From Alkalilimnicola ehrlichii MLHE-1 (GTDB lineage Bacteria > Pseudomonadota > Gammaproteobacteria > Nitrococcales > Halorhodospiraceae), in contig NC_008340.1 in the NCBI RefSeq assembly GCF_000014785.1, positions 2,370,001 to 2,402,000 of the forward strand: a stretch of 32,000 nucleotides of DNA, in the 5' to 3' direction. The stretch's first letter is position 1, and each line of letters starts with the position of its first letter. The notes under the pieces were generated by a model. The model searched no databases. It saw only the letters and a list, made by a program, of their open reading frames with translations, and was not told the DNA's origin. Shown in pieces: positions 10,581-20,473 of this stretch. Both the position numbers and the translations under genes were made by a program.

Positions 10581-11858
10581 CTATTTTGCGGCCTCCAGGG
10601 CCTGGTCGATGTCCGCGATGATGTCGTCCACGTGCTCGATGCCCACCGCGATGCGCACCATGTCCTGACTGACCCCCGCCTGCTCCAGCTCCGCCTCGTT
10701 CAACTGGCGGTGGGTGGTGGTGGCCGGATGAGTGGCCAGCGACTTGGCGTCACCGATGTTCACCAGGCGGGTGATGAGTTGCAGGGCATCAATGAACTTC
10801 GCCCCGGCCTCCTTGCCCCCGCGGATACCGAAGGAGAGGATGCCGGAGGCCATACCACCGCGCATGTACTTCTGCACCAGCGGGTCGTCCGGGCTGGACT
10901 CCAGGCCGGCATACTTCACCCAGGTCACCTGCGGGTGGTTCTGCAGGTGCTGCGCCACGGCCAGGGCGTTCTCACTGTGCCGCTCCATGCGCAGGTGCAG
11001 GGTCTCGATCCCCTGCAGCAGCTGGAAGGCGTTCATGGGCGAGAGCGCGGCGCCGGTATTGCGCAGGGGCACCACCCGGCAGCGGCCGATGAAGGCGGCC
11101 GGCCCCAGGGCCTCGGTATAGACCACCCCGTGGTAGGACGGGTCCGGCTCCACCATCATCGGGAAGCGTTCGCCGTGGTCCGCCCAGGGGAACTTGCCCG
11201 AATCCACGATGACCCCGCCCACGGTGGTGCCGTGACCGCCCATGAACTTGGTCAGTGAGTGCACGACGATATCCGCGCCGTCATCGATCGGCCGCCAGAG
11301 AAAGGGCGTGGGCACGGTGTTGTCCACGATCAGCGGCACCCCGTGACGGTGGGCGATCTCCGCCAGCCGCCCGATATCCGCCAGCTCGCCGGAGGGATTG
11401 CCCACCGTCTCGCAGAAGACCGCCTTGGTCTTGCCATCGATCAGCGCCTCCAGCCGGTCAAAGTCGTCGTGGCTGGCCATACGCACCTCGATACCGAAGT
11501 TGGGCATGGTGTGCGCGAACAGGTTGTAGGTGCCGCCGTAGAGCTTGCTGGTGGAGACGATATTGTCACCGGACCGGGTGATGCACTGAAGGGCGTAGGT
11601 GATGGCCGCCATACCCGAGGCCACGGCCAACCCGCCGATACCCCCCTCCAGTTCGGCCACCCGCTGCTCCAACACCGCGTTGGTGGGGTTCATGATGCGG
11701 GTGTAGATGTTGCCCTCCACCTTGAGGTCGAACAGATCCGCCCCATGCTGGGTGTTGTCGAAGGCGTAGCTGGTGGTCTGGTAGATGGGCACCGCCACCG
11801 CCTTGGTGGTCGGGTCCGGGCTGTAGCCCGCGTGGATTGCCAGGGTTTCCGGTTTCAC
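10581..11858 (-). CDS. metY: O-acetylhomoserine aminocarboxypropyltransferase (O-acetylhomoserine sulfhydrylase)
   Basis: 425 aa Cys/Met metabolism PLP enzyme: ETLAIHAGYSPDPTTKAVAVPIYQTTSYAFD...YTRIMNPTNAVLEQRVAELEGG...DIVVHSLTKFMGGHGTTVGGVIVD. Confidence 0.92.
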   Translation of the reverse strand: MKPETLAIHAGYSPDPTTKAVAVPIYQTTSYAFDNTQHGADLFDLKVEGNIYTRIMNPTNAVLEQRVAELEGGIGGLAVASGMAAITYALQCITRSGDNIVSTSKLYGGTYNLFAHTMPNFGIEVRMASHDDFDRLEALIDGKTKAVFCETVGNPSGELADIGRLAEIAHRHGVPLIVDNTVPTPFLWRPIDDGADIVVHSLTKFMGGHGTTVGGVIVDSGKFPWADHGERFPMMVEPDPSYHGVVYTEALGPAAFIGRCRVVPLRNTGAALSPMNAFQLLQGIETLHLRMERHSENALAVAQHLQNHPQVTWVKYAGLESSPDDPLVQKYMRGGMASGILSFGIRGGKEAGAKFIDALQLITRLVNIGDAKSLATHPATTTHRQLNEAELEQAGVSQDMVRIAVGIEHVDDIIADIDQALEAAK

Positions 11859-12099
11859 GTCCTGCTCCCTCTATTCGGTGTTCGGATCCGCAGACGCCTC
11901 TGGGGCGCCGGCTGGTTATTGGCCTCGACCATTCTGCTCAGCAGGGTGCGGGATTAAAAGCCCGGCGCCACTAACAAAATGGCATACCCTTAGGCGACTG
12001 GCTTCTGCGGTCAGAGCGACCGTCTCCGCACCATCATAGTCCAGCCACCACCGCCCGCGAGGGCGCCCCAAAGCCTGACCCACCCCGCGTACCAGCGGC

Positions 12100-12128
12100 T
12101 TGCACTTAGCCCCCAAAGCCCATATATT
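12100..12128 (+). promoter_or_regulatory. Putative sigma70 promoter of the riboswitch-nrdAB transcript
   Basis: TTGCAC (12100-12105), 17-nt spacer, TATATT (12123-12128). The predicted start site (~12135) falls at the first base of the riboswitch P1 stem. Confidence 0.65.
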
Positions 12129-12135
12129 GGGCTCT

Positions 12136-12257
12136 GTCCTCGTGCGCCACACGATATGTGGCCAACGGAGGGGAACACCGGTGAGAATCCGGGGCTGTCG
12201 CGCAACGGTGTGACAGGGCCGTCCAGGCCGCTGTCGAGCCCGAATACCTCCGAGGAC
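12136..12257 (+). promoter_or_regulatory. Cobalamin (B12) riboswitch
   Basis: Conserved core GGGAACACCGGTGAGAATCCGGGGCTGTCGCGCAACGGTG (B12-box GCTG-C-CGCAAC) and 3' CGAATACCTCC. Closing P1 helix GTCCTCG (12136-12142) / CGAGGAC (12251-12257) is a perfect 7 bp. Confidence 0.9.
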
Positions 12258-12427
12258 CGGCCACCCCCGGCGGGTGTGCCGAGCCCGGAACCTTCGCGTC
12301 AAAGGTGCCCGGGGACAGGACGCCCTCGCTGCAGCCAACCGCCCGTCGCGCTCCGCTGCGTGCGCCCTGCCCTCACATCCCTCGCGTCGGTTCCTCCCGG
12401 TTCATCTGGACGAGCAGGAGGAATCTC

Positions 12428-15214
12428 ATGTCCGCCAAGGCTGCCGAGGCCGCACCAACGGCCCAGAGCGATACCCAGCAGGTCATCCGCCGCAACGGCG
12501 CGCTGACCGCCTTCGACCCCGACAAGATCCAGCTGGCCATGAAGAAGGCCTTCCTGGCCGTGGAGGGCGAGCGATCGGCCGATGCCGCCCGCATCCAGCA
12601 GGTCACCGCCGAACTCACCGCGCAGGTGGTCCAGGCCCTGACCCGGCGCCCCACCGCCACCCCGATCCACATCGAGGATATCCAGGACCAGGTGGAGCTG
12701 GCGCTGATGCGCGCCGGCGAGCACAAGGTGGCCCGCGCCTACGTACTCTACCGCGAGGAACACGCTCGCAAGCGCCGCCAGGAGGCCACGGACGAGCCGC
12801 CGCGGCTGCACATGACCCGCACCGACGGTGAGCAGGTACCGCTGGATGAGTCGCTGCTGCGCCGGGTGCTGCACCACGCCTGCCATGAGCTGGCGGATAC
12901 CGACCCCGAGCGCGTGGCCCGCGAGGCCTGGCGGAACCTCTACGACGGGGTCACCGAGCAGGAGGTGCACAAGGCGCTGATCCTGAGCGCCCGCAGCCTG
13001 ATCGAGCAGGAGCCGGCGTATGGCCACGTGGCCGCGCGCCTGCTGCAACACCAGCTCAACGGCGAGGCCCTGCGCTTTCTCGATTTTCCCTACGACGGCG
13101 CACCCGGCGCCGACCCTGGCTACACCGACTACTTCGCCCGCTACATCCGGCGCGGGGTGGAACTGGAACTGCTGGACGAACAGCTGCTGACCTTCGACCT
13201 GGAGCGGCTGGCCGAGGCCCTGATGCCGGAGCGCGACCTGCAGTTCAACTACCTGGGCCTGCAGACCCTGTACGACCGCTACCTGCAGCACTGGGACGGC
13301 ACCCGCTTCGAGCTGCCCCAGGCCTTCTTCATGCGCGTGGCCATGGGCCTGACCCTGCAGGAGGTGGAGCGCGAGGAGCGGGCCATCGAGTTCTACCGGC
13401 TGCTCTCCAGCTTCGACTTCATGAGTTCCACCCCCACGCTGTTCAATAGCGGCACCCGCCGCCCGCAGCTCTCCAGCTGCTACCTGACCAGCGTGCCCGA
13501 CGACCTGGGCGGTATCTACGGCGCCATCCGCGACAATGCCCTGCTGTCCAAGTTTGCCGGCGGCCTGGGCAACGACTGGACCCGCGTTCGGGCCATGGGC
13601 GCCCACATCAAGGGCACCAACGGCCGCTCCCAGGGCGTGGTGCCCTTCCTCAAGGTGGCCAGCGACACCGCCGTGGCGGTGAACCAGGGGGGCAAGCGCA
13701 AGGGTGCGGTCTGCGCCTACCTGGAGACCTGGCACCTGGACGTGGAGGAGTTCCTGGAGCTGCGCAAGAACACCGGCGACGACCGCCGCCGCACCCACGA
13801 CATGAACACTGCCCACTGGGTGCCCGACCTGTTCATGCAGCGGGCCGAGGCCGACGCCGACTGGACCCTCTTCTCGCCGGACGATGCCGCTCACCTGCAC
13901 GAGCTTTACGGCCAGGCGTTCAAGGCCGCCTACGAAGACCTGGAGGCCCGGGCGGCGCGCGGTGAGATCCGCAACTACAAGGTGGTCTCCGCCAAGCAGC
14001 TCTGGCGCCGCATGCTGGGCATGCTGTTCGAGACCGGCCACCCCTGGATCACCTTCAAGGACCCGTGCAACCTGCGCTCCCCGCAGCAGCACGCGGGTGT
14101 GGTGCACAGCTCCAACCTGTGCACGGAGATCACCCTGAACACCTCGGACGAAGAGATCGCCGTCTGCAACCTGGGCTCGGTGAACCTCGCGGCCCATACC
14201 ACCCCCGATGGTCTGGACCACGAGCGGCTGCGCAACACGGTCCGCACCGCCATGCGCATGCTGGATAACGTCATCGATATCAACTACTACAGCGTGCCCC
14301 AGGCCCGCCGCGCCAACCTGCGCCACCGCCCGGTGGGGCTGGGCGTGATGGGGTTCCAGGACGCGCTTTACGCCCAGGACCTGCCCTACGCCAGCGACGA
14401 GGCGGTCGCCTTCGCCGACCGCAGCCAGGAGGCGATCAGCTACTACGCCATCGAGGCCTCGGCGGACCTGGCGCGGGAACGGGGGGCCTACCCCAGTTTC
14501 GAGGGCTCGCTCTGGCAGCGCGGTGAGCTGCCGCTGGATTCCATTCAGCGGGTGGTGGAGGCACGGGATGGCGATTGCACCATGGACACCTCGTCCAGCC
14601 TGGACTGGGCCGCCCTGCGGGAGAAGGTGCGCACCGGCATGCGCAACTCCAACTGCCTGGCGATCGCCCCCACGGCCACTATCGCCAACATCGTCGGGGT
14701 CTCTCAGGGGATCGAGCCGGCGTTCAAGAACCTGTACGTCAAATCCAACCTCTCCGGCGAGTTCACCGTGGTGAACCCGGCCCTGGTCCGGGCGCTGAAG
14801 GCGTACGGCTTGTGGGATGCGGTGATGGTGAATGACCTGAAGTATTACGACGGCAGCGTGCAGCCCATCGGCCGTGTACCGGAGGAACTGAAACAGCGCT
14901 TCGCCACCGCCTTCGAACTGGACTCGGAGTGGCTGGTCCAGGCCGGCAGCCGGCGGCAGAAGTGGCTGGACCAGTCCCAGTCGCTGAACCTCTACATGGC
15001 CGAGCCCTCGGGGCCGAAGCTGGATGCGCTCTACCGCCAGGCCTGGCGCTTGGGGCTGAAGACCACCTACTACCTGCGCAGCACCGGGGCCACCCAGGTG
15101 GAGAAGAGCACCATGGACCCGGCGCGGGCCAACCGGTTGAACGCGGTGAGCGCGGCGCCGGGGGGTGGGCAGAGCTGTTCGGTTGATGATCCGGAGTGTG
15201 AGGCGTGTCAGTAG
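12428..15214 (+). CDS. nrdA: Class I ribonucleoside-diphosphate reductase, alpha (large) subunit
   Basis: 928 aa from ATG 12428 (AGGAGG upstream). ATP-cone (VIRRNGALTAFDPDKIQLAMKKAF), SSCYLTSVPDD, NLCTEI and C-terminal cysteines CSVDDPECEACQ. Track ORF starts further upstream. Confidence 0.95.
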   Translation: MSAKAAEAAPTAQSDTQQVIRRNGALTAFDPDKIQLAMKKAFLAVEGERSADAARIQQVTAELTAQVVQALTRRPTATPIHIEDIQDQVELALMRAGEHKVARAYVLYREEHARKRRQEATDEPPRLHMTRTDGEQVPLDESLLRRVLHHACHELADTDPERVAREAWRNLYDGVTEQEVHKALILSARSLIEQEPAYGHVAARLLQHQLNGEALRFLDFPYDGAPGADPGYTDYFARYIRRGVELELLDEQLLTFDLERLAEALMPERDLQFNYLGLQTLYDRYLQHWDGTRFELPQAFFMRVAMGLTLQEVEREERAIEFYRLLSSFDFMSSTPTLFNSGTRRPQLSSCYLTSVPDDLGGIYGAIRDNALLSKFAGGLGNDWTRVRAMGAHIKGTNGRSQGVVPFLKVASDTAVAVNQGGKRKGAVCAYLETWHLDVEEFLELRKNTGDDRRRTHDMNTAHWVPDLFMQRAEADADWTLFSPDDAAHLHELYGQAFKAAYEDLEARAARGEIRNYKVVSAKQLWRRMLGMLFETGHPWITFKDPCNLRSPQQHAGVVHSSNLCTEITLNTSDEEIAVCNLGSVNLAAHTTPDGLDHERLRNTVRTAMRMLDNVIDINYYSVPQARRANLRHRPVGLGVMGFQDALYAQDLPYASDEAVAFADRSQEAISYYAIEASADLARERGAYPSFEGSLWQRGELPLDSIQRVVEARDGDCTMDTSSSLDWAALREKVRTGMRNSNCLAIAPTATIANIVGVSQGIEPAFKNLYVKSNLSGEFTVVNPALVRALKAYGLWDAVMVNDLKYYDGSVQPIGRVPEELKQRFATAFELDSEWLVQAGSRRQKWLDQSQSLNLYMAEPSGPKLDALYRQAWRLGLKTTYYLRSTGATQVEKSTMDPARANRLNAVSAAPGGGQSCSVDDPECEACQ

Positions 15215-15296
15215 TTTCGGGTGATCCGGGGCTGCTGATCCGGGCGTGCTGGAGCGCCGGTCGGGTGGGACGACTTCGTTTTAGTGCCGGAACGGT

Positions 15297-15398
15297 CTGG
15301 CCGGGGGGATCGGGGACGAATACGCCGTGAATACGTCCCTGTAGGCTCGTAGGCAGCATCCCTGCTGCCTACGATTCGTCCCCGATCCCCCCGGCCAG
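15297..15398. repeat. Composite palindromic element 1 (nrdA-nrdB spacer)
   Basis: Outer perfect 25-bp inverted repeat 15297-15321/15374-15398 (CTGGCCGGGGGGATCGGGGACGAAT). Inner 10-bp hairpin 15348-15357/15364-15373 with loop ATCCCT. Conserved 26-nt linker 15322-15347. Confidence 0.95.
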
Positions 15399-15541
15399 CC
15401 CTGACAACCGACAGGGAAGTGGCTTACGGAGTGCAGCCCACTACCGACACCCACTGCAGCCACCCGGCTCCGTCCCGTCTCCAGCGCACGGCCGAGCAAC
15501 CCGCGACACCAGAGTCGCGGCGGAGGGCAACCGGCGATCAC

Positions 15542-15683
15542 GACGGTGAGTCCGGGTAGCGGGCGGGCGGAATTCGATTCAGGGGCGTCGCTGGCCAGGG
15601 ATGGCCAGCGACGAGCCTACAGGGACGTACTTGCGGCGTCCCCTGAAGCGAAATCCGCCCGCCCGCTACCCGGACTCACCGTC
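15542..15683. repeat. Composite palindromic element 2 (nrdA-nrdB spacer), inverted relative to element 1
   Basis: Outer 44-nt arms 15542-15585/15640-15683, 42/44 paired (outer 28+ bp perfect, GACGGTGAGTCCGGGTAGCGGGCGGGCG). Inner 11-bp hairpin 15586-15596/15603-15613 with loop AGGGAT. 26-nt linker 15614-15639. Confidence 0.95.
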
Positions 15684-15789
15684 AGGCCACCCGATCCACC
15701 CTCAAGCACCCCCGCCGCGGACTGGAAAGGACAGGACAAAGTCAACGACATTCAAGCCGACCTAAAGGGAACAACATAAGGAGAACACC

Positions 15790-16854
15790 ATGCAAAACCA
15801 GAACGCCACCGGCCTGGAGGCCATCGAAGCCGGCGCCCACCGCGTCAGCGTGGACGAGAAGCGCATGATCAACTGCCGCGCCGACGTGAACCAGCTGCTG
15901 CCCCTCAAGTACGAGTGGGCCTGGGAGAAGTACCTGGCCGGCTGCAACAACCACTGGATGCCCACCGAGGTGCCCATGGGCGCCGACATCGCCCTCTGGC
16001 GCCACCCCGACGGCCTCACCGCCGACGAACGGCTGATGATCAAGCGCAACCTGGGCTTCTTCGCCACCAGCGAATCCCTGGTCGCCAACAACATCGTCCT
16101 GGCCATCTACCGCCACATCACCAACCCCGAGTGTCGTCAGTACCTGCTGCGCCAGGCCTTCGAGGAGGCCATCCACACCCACACCTTCCAGTACATCGTC
16201 GAGAGCCTCGACCTGGACGAGGGTGAGCTGTTCAACATGTACCGCGAAGTGCCCAGCATCACCGACAAGGCCGCTTGGGCGCTGAAATACACCCAGAATC
16301 TCGAGAGCGGCCACTTCGACACCACCTCCAGGGAGGGGGCGCAAAGCTTCCTGCGCGACCTGGTGGCCTTCTACGTGGTCTTCGAGGGCATGTGGTTCTA
16401 CACCGGCTTCGCCCAGATCCTCTCCCTGGGCCGGCAGAACAAGATGACCGGCATCGCCGAGATGTACCAGTACATCCTGCGCGACGAGTCCATTCACCTG
16501 AACTTCGGCATCGACGTGATCAACCAGATCCGCCACGAAAACCCCGAACTCTGGACCAACGACTTCGAGCAGGAAGTGCTGACCATGCTCCGCGAGGCGG
16601 TCGAACTCGAAGTCGCCTACGCCCGCGACACCATGCCCCGCGGCATGCTCGGGCTGAACGCCGACATGTGCGAGGAGTACATGCACTTCATCACCAACCG
16701 CCGCTGCGCCCAGTTGGGGCTGAAGGAGCTCTACCCCGGGGCCACCAACCCCTTCCCCTGGATGAGCGAAGTGATGGACCTGCAGAAGGAGAAGAACTTC
16801 TTCGAAACCCGGGTCACCGACTACCGCACCGGGGGCGCCCTGCAGTGGGACTAG
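15790..16854 (+). CDS. nrdB: Class I ribonucleoside-diphosphate reductase, beta (small) subunit
   Basis: 354 aa; motifs [59 protein letters not shown] (E/H ligand positions). ATAAGGAGAACACC ribosome-binding site. Confidence 0.95.
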   Translation: MQNQNATGLEAIEAGAHRVSVDEKRMINCRADVNQLLPLKYEWAWEKYLAGCNNHWMPTEVPMGADIALWRHPDGLTADERLMIKRNLGFFATSESLVANNIVLAIYRHITNPECRQYLLRQAFEEAIHTHTFQYIVESLDLDEGELFNMYREVPSITDKAAWALKYTQNLESGHFDTTSREGAQSFLRDLVAFYVVFEGMWFYTGFAQILSLGRQNKMTGIAEMYQYILRDESIHLNFGIDVINQIRHENPELWTNDFEQEVLTMLREAVELEVAYARDTMPRGMLGLNADMCEEYMHFITNRRCAQLGLKELYPGATNPFPWMSEVMDLQKEKNFFETRVTDYRTGGALQWD

Positions 16855-17777
16855 GCTGAGGCGGGGCGAATGCCGCTCAGTACCCGAAAGGCGGTCTCGC
16901 GGGCGGTGCGCAGAAAGTCCGCCATCCAGGGCAGGTGGCCATCCTCCTCCCGGGTGGCGGCGTACAACGTGCGCCAGACACCCCCCTCGCCCAGGCTCAG
17001 GGCACAGACGTAGTCCTGCTCCAGGTACTCGGCCAGCGCCCAGTTGGGCATCCCGCAAACCCCGCGGCCACTGGCCACCAGTGGCATCATCAGCACGGCC
17101 ATGGCAGCGGTGCGCACCCGGTGGGGGCGCACGCCGGCCGGGTCCAGGAACTGGGTGAAGATGTCCTGCCGGGCGTGCTCCACCGGATAGGTGATCAACG
17201 TCTCCTCGGCCAGCTCCTGCGGGGCGACCCAGTCCCGGCCGGCCCAGCGGTGGTTGCGGCCCACGGCCAGCAGCGACTGGTAGCGGAACAGCGGCTCATA
17301 GTGCACGCCGGTCAATGGCCTCGGGTCGGCGGTGACCACCAAGTCCAGCTGCTCGCTCCCCAGCGCCGGCAGGGCGTCGAACTGGTGGCCCTCCGGTATG
17401 TCGATCTCCACCTCCGGCCACTGGCGGTGGTACTGATCCAGGGTGGGGAGCAGCCACTGAAAGCAGCTGTGGCACTCGATGGACAGGTGCAGGCGCCCCG
17501 GCCGTTCCCCGCTCATGCGCATCAGCTCCTGCTCGGTGGCCCGCAGTCGGGGCAGCACCTCGTCGGCCAGGTCCAGCAGCCGCTGCCCGGCGGGGGTAAA
17601 GCGTAACGGGCGGCTCTTGCGCAGAAACAGCGTCTGGCCCAGGCGGGCCTCCAGATCCTTGACCTGGTGCGACAGCGCGGACTGGGTCAGGTGCAGTCGG
17701 AGCGCCGCCGCGCTCAGCGAGCCGGTATCGCGCACCGTGGCCAGGGTGCGCAGGTGGCGCAGTTCCAGCGTGTTCAT
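16851..17777 (-). CDS. metR: LysR-family transcriptional regulator, MetR-like
   Basis: 308 aa; N-terminal w[51 protein letters not shown]. Divergent from metE. Confidence 0.9.
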   Translation of the reverse strand: MNTLELRHLRTLATVRDTGSLSAAALRLHLTQSALSHQVKDLEARLGQTLFLRKSRPLRFTPAGQRLLDLADEVLPRLRATEQELMRMSGERPGRLHLSIECHSCFQWLLPTLDQYHRQWPEVEIDIPEGHQFDALPALGSEQLDLVVTADPRPLTGVHYEPLFRYQSLLAVGRNHRWAGRDWVAPQELAEETLITYPVEHARQDIFTQFLDPAGVRPHRVRTAAMAVLMMPLVASGRGVCGMPNWALAEYLEQDYVCALSLGEGGVWRTLYAATREEDGHLPWMADFLRTARETAFRVLSGIRPASA

Positions 17778-17874
17778 GAGAAAATTTAATCATCCAATTG
17801 AAAAAGGCGCGATTGATTCATGATACCCCAACGCGGAAACTGCCGCGAATCATTCAATACCGACGGAGGTTTTC

Positions 17875-20196
17875 ATGAGTACCACTCATGTACTGGGGTA
17901 TCCGCGCATCGGGGCCCGCCGGGAGCTAAAACGCGCCACGGAGGCCTACTGGAAGGGCGAAATCGACCAGGCGGAACTGGAGCGCACCGGCCGCGAGCTC
18001 CGCGCCAGGCACTGGCAGGCACAACGGGACGCGGGCCTGGACTGGGTGACGGTGGGCGACTTCGCCTTCTACGACCATGTACTCAACGTCAGCGCCCTGC
18101 TCGGCGCCGTCCCCCCGCGCTTCGGCGATGCGGGCGAGACGGTGGACCTGGACACCACCTTCCGCATGGCCCGGGGCCGGGCACCCACCGGTGAGCCGGC
18201 GGCCGCCTGCGAAATGACCAAGTACTTCGACACCAACTACCACTACCTGGTCCCGGAACTGCACGCCGATCAGCGCTTCGGGCTGGCCTCCCGGCGCCTG
18301 TTCGACGAGGTGGCCGAGGCCCGGGCCGCCGGGCACCCGGTCAAGGTCGTGCTCACCGGCCCCCTCACCTGGCTCTGGCTGGGCAAGGCCAAGTCCCCCG
18401 GGCTAGACCGCCTCGACCTGCTGGACGGCGTGGTGGATGTCTACGGCGAGATCCTCCAGCAACTGGGCGAACAGGGCGTGGAGTGGGTACAGCTGGACGA
18501 ACCAGCACTGGTACAGGACCTGCCCGCCGACTGGCAACAGGCCTACGAGCGGGCGTATCACCGGCTGCAGGCCGGCCCGGTCAAGCTGCTGCTGGCCACC
18601 TATTTCGGGGGCCTGGGCGAGAACCTCTCCACCGCCCTGAACCTGCCGGTGGACGGAATCCACATCGACTGCGTGCGCGATCCCGACCAGCTCACCGCCG
18701 TGCTCGACCGGCTGCTACCGCACAAGGTCCTGTCGCTGGGGGTCATCGACGGCCGCAACGTCTGGCGCAGCGACCTGGCCGCGTTGGCCCGGACGTTGGC
18801 GCCGGTGCGCGAACGGCTGGGGGAGCGGCTCTGGCTGGCGCCGTCCTGCTCTCTGCTGCACGTGCCCGTGGACCTCGATCTGGAGACCGAGCTGCAACCG
18901 CAACTGAGGCGCTGGCTGGCCTTCGCCCGCCAGAAGCTCGACGAGCTCGTCGTCCTGGGCCGGCTGCTGGGTGACCGCGCCGGCGCCGCGGACGAACAGG
19001 CAGCGGCGGAAGCCAGCGCCGCCCTGGCCGACCGCCAGGCCTCGACGCACATCCACAAGGCCGAGGTGGCGGAACGCATGCAGCGCGTCGGGCCGGCCGA
19101 TCGCCAGCGCGGGCAACCCTACCCGGAACGGGCCCGCAAACAGCGCAAACGCCTGGCACTGCCGCTGTTCCCCACCACCACCATCGGCTCCTTTCCGCAG
19201 ACGGCGGAGATTCGCGCGGCACGCCGCGATCTGAAGGCTGGCCGACTCACGCCCGAAGCCTACGAGGCACGCATGCGCGAGGAGATCGCCTTTGCCGTGG
19301 CGCGCCAGGAGGAGATCGGGCTGGACGTGCTGGTCCACGGCGAGGCCGAGCGCAACGACATGGTGGAGTACTTCGGCGAACAGCTCGACGGGTTCGCTTT
19401 CACCCGCGCGGGCTGGGTGCAGAGCTACGGCTCCCGCTGCGTCAAACCCCCCATCATCTACGGGGATGTCAGCCGCCCGCGGCCGATGACGGTGCGGTGG
19501 AGCGAATACGCCCAATCGCTCACCGGACGGCCCATGAAGGGCATGCTCACCGGGCCGGTCACCGTGCTGCAGTGGTCTTTCGTGCGCGACGACCAGCCCC
19601 GCTCGGAGACCTGCCGGCAGATCGCCCTGGCGCTGCGCGACGAGGTGGCCGACCTGGAGGCGGCGGGCATCCCGGCCATCCAGATCGACGAGCCGGCCCT
19701 GCGCGAGGGCCTGCCCCTGCAGCAGCGGCAGTGGCCGGGCTACCTGGACTGGGCGGTGGACTGCTTCCGCCTGACCGCCTCGGTGGCGCAGGATGCGACC
19801 CAGATCCACACCCACATGTGTTACTCGGAGTTCAACGACATCATGGGCGCCATCGCCACACTGGACGCGGACGTGATCACCATCGAGACGTCACGCTCCG
19901 ACATGGAACTGCTGGAGGTATTCGAGGGCTTCGAGTACCCCAATGAGATCGGCCCCGGGGTGTACGACATCCACTCGCCGAACACCCCGTCGGTGGACTG
20001 GATGGTAAGGCTGATGGAGAAGGCCGCCCGGCGCATCCCGGTGGAGCGGCTGTGGGTGAACCCGGACTGCGGCCTGAAGACCCGTGCCTGGGCGGAAGTG
20101 GAGCCGGCGCTGCAGAACATGGTGGCGGCGGCGGAGATACTGCGCGAGCGCTACGGCCAGGCGCAGACCCGGGTGGCAACCCAGGGGAAACGCTGA
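17875..20196 (+). CDS. metE: 5-methyltetrahydropteroyltriglutamate-homocysteine methyltransferase (cobalamin-independent methionine synthase)
   Basis: 773 aa; [70 protein letters not shown]. Confidence 0.96.
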   Translation: MSTTHVLGYPRIGARRELKRATEAYWKGEIDQAELERTGRELRARHWQAQRDAGLDWVTVGDFAFYDHVLNVSALLGAVPPRFGDAGETVDLDTTFRMARGRAPTGEPAAACEMTKYFDTNYHYLVPELHADQRFGLASRRLFDEVAEARAAGHPVKVVLTGPLTWLWLGKAKSPGLDRLDLLDGVVDVYGEILQQLGEQGVEWVQLDEPALVQDLPADWQQAYERAYHRLQAGPVKLLLATYFGGLGENLSTALNLPVDGIHIDCVRDPDQLTAVLDRLLPHKVLSLGVIDGRNVWRSDLAALARTLAPVRERLGERLWLAPSCSLLHVPVDLDLETELQPQLRRWLAFARQKLDELVVLGRLLGDRAGAADEQAAAEASAALADRQASTHIHKAEVAERMQRVGPADRQRGQPYPERARKQRKRLALPLFPTTTIGSFPQTAEIRAARRDLKAGRLTPEAYEARMREEIAFAVARQEEIGLDVLVHGEAERNDMVEYFGEQLDGFAFTRAGWVQSYGSRCVKPPIIYGDVSRPRPMTVRWSEYAQSLTGRPMKGMLTGPVTVLQWSFVRDDQPRSETCRQIALALRDEVADLEAAGIPAIQIDEPALREGLPLQQRQWPGYLDWAVDCFRLTASVAQDATQIHTHMCYSEFNDIMGAIATLDADVITIETSRSDMELLEVFEGFEYPNEIGPGVYDIHSPNTPSVDWMVRLMEKAARRIPVERLWVNPDCGLKTRAWAEVEPALQNMVAAAEILRERYGQAQTRVATQGKR

Positions 20197-20211
20197 GGAA
20201 TACCCTGGCCC

Positions 20212-20473
20212 GTCATTGCGAGCCCCCCGCCCCGCTGCGCGGGCCCGAATCAACGAGGAACGGGGCACCCCTGTCATTGCCAGGGCCGAAGGCTTTCCCC
20301 CCGTCATCGCGAGGGGGGCGCCCCACCCGTCATCGCGAGGGCCGAAGGCCCGCGGCGATCCAGGGCGGTAGACTGCCACGTCGGCTTCGCCTCCTCGCAG
20401 TGACGGTGGGGGGGGACCGCGCTCGCAGTGAGGGTAGGGGGCGCCCGCAGCGTCTGGCCATGTTCATCAAGAG
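20212..20473 (-). repeat. Intergenic palindromic-repeat block, copy A of a ~260-bp inverted duplication
   Basis: Its reverse complement aligns over its whole length to 28336-28593. Contains one 76-bp unit (20329-20404). Confidence 0.9.

Noticed and set aside
12305-12427. N-terminal extension of nrdA implied by the track ORF starting at 12305.
   Set aside because: The ATG at 12428 has an AGGAGG ribosome-binding site and begins a normal ATP-cone sequence. The upstream extension is arginine/serine-rich leader translation within the riboswitch expression platform.
15215-15789. Retron, group II intron or intein interpretation of the structured nrdA-nrdB spacer.
   Set aside because: No reverse transcriptase, maturase or endonuclease ORF within or beside the 575-bp region, and nrdA and nrdB are both intact with normal termini.
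17778-17874. MetR operator (TGAANNNNNTTCA) in the metR-metE intergenic region.
   Set aside because: Only imperfect matches such as TGAGAAAATTTAA were seen. MetR control is plausible from synteny, but I cannot assign a site.
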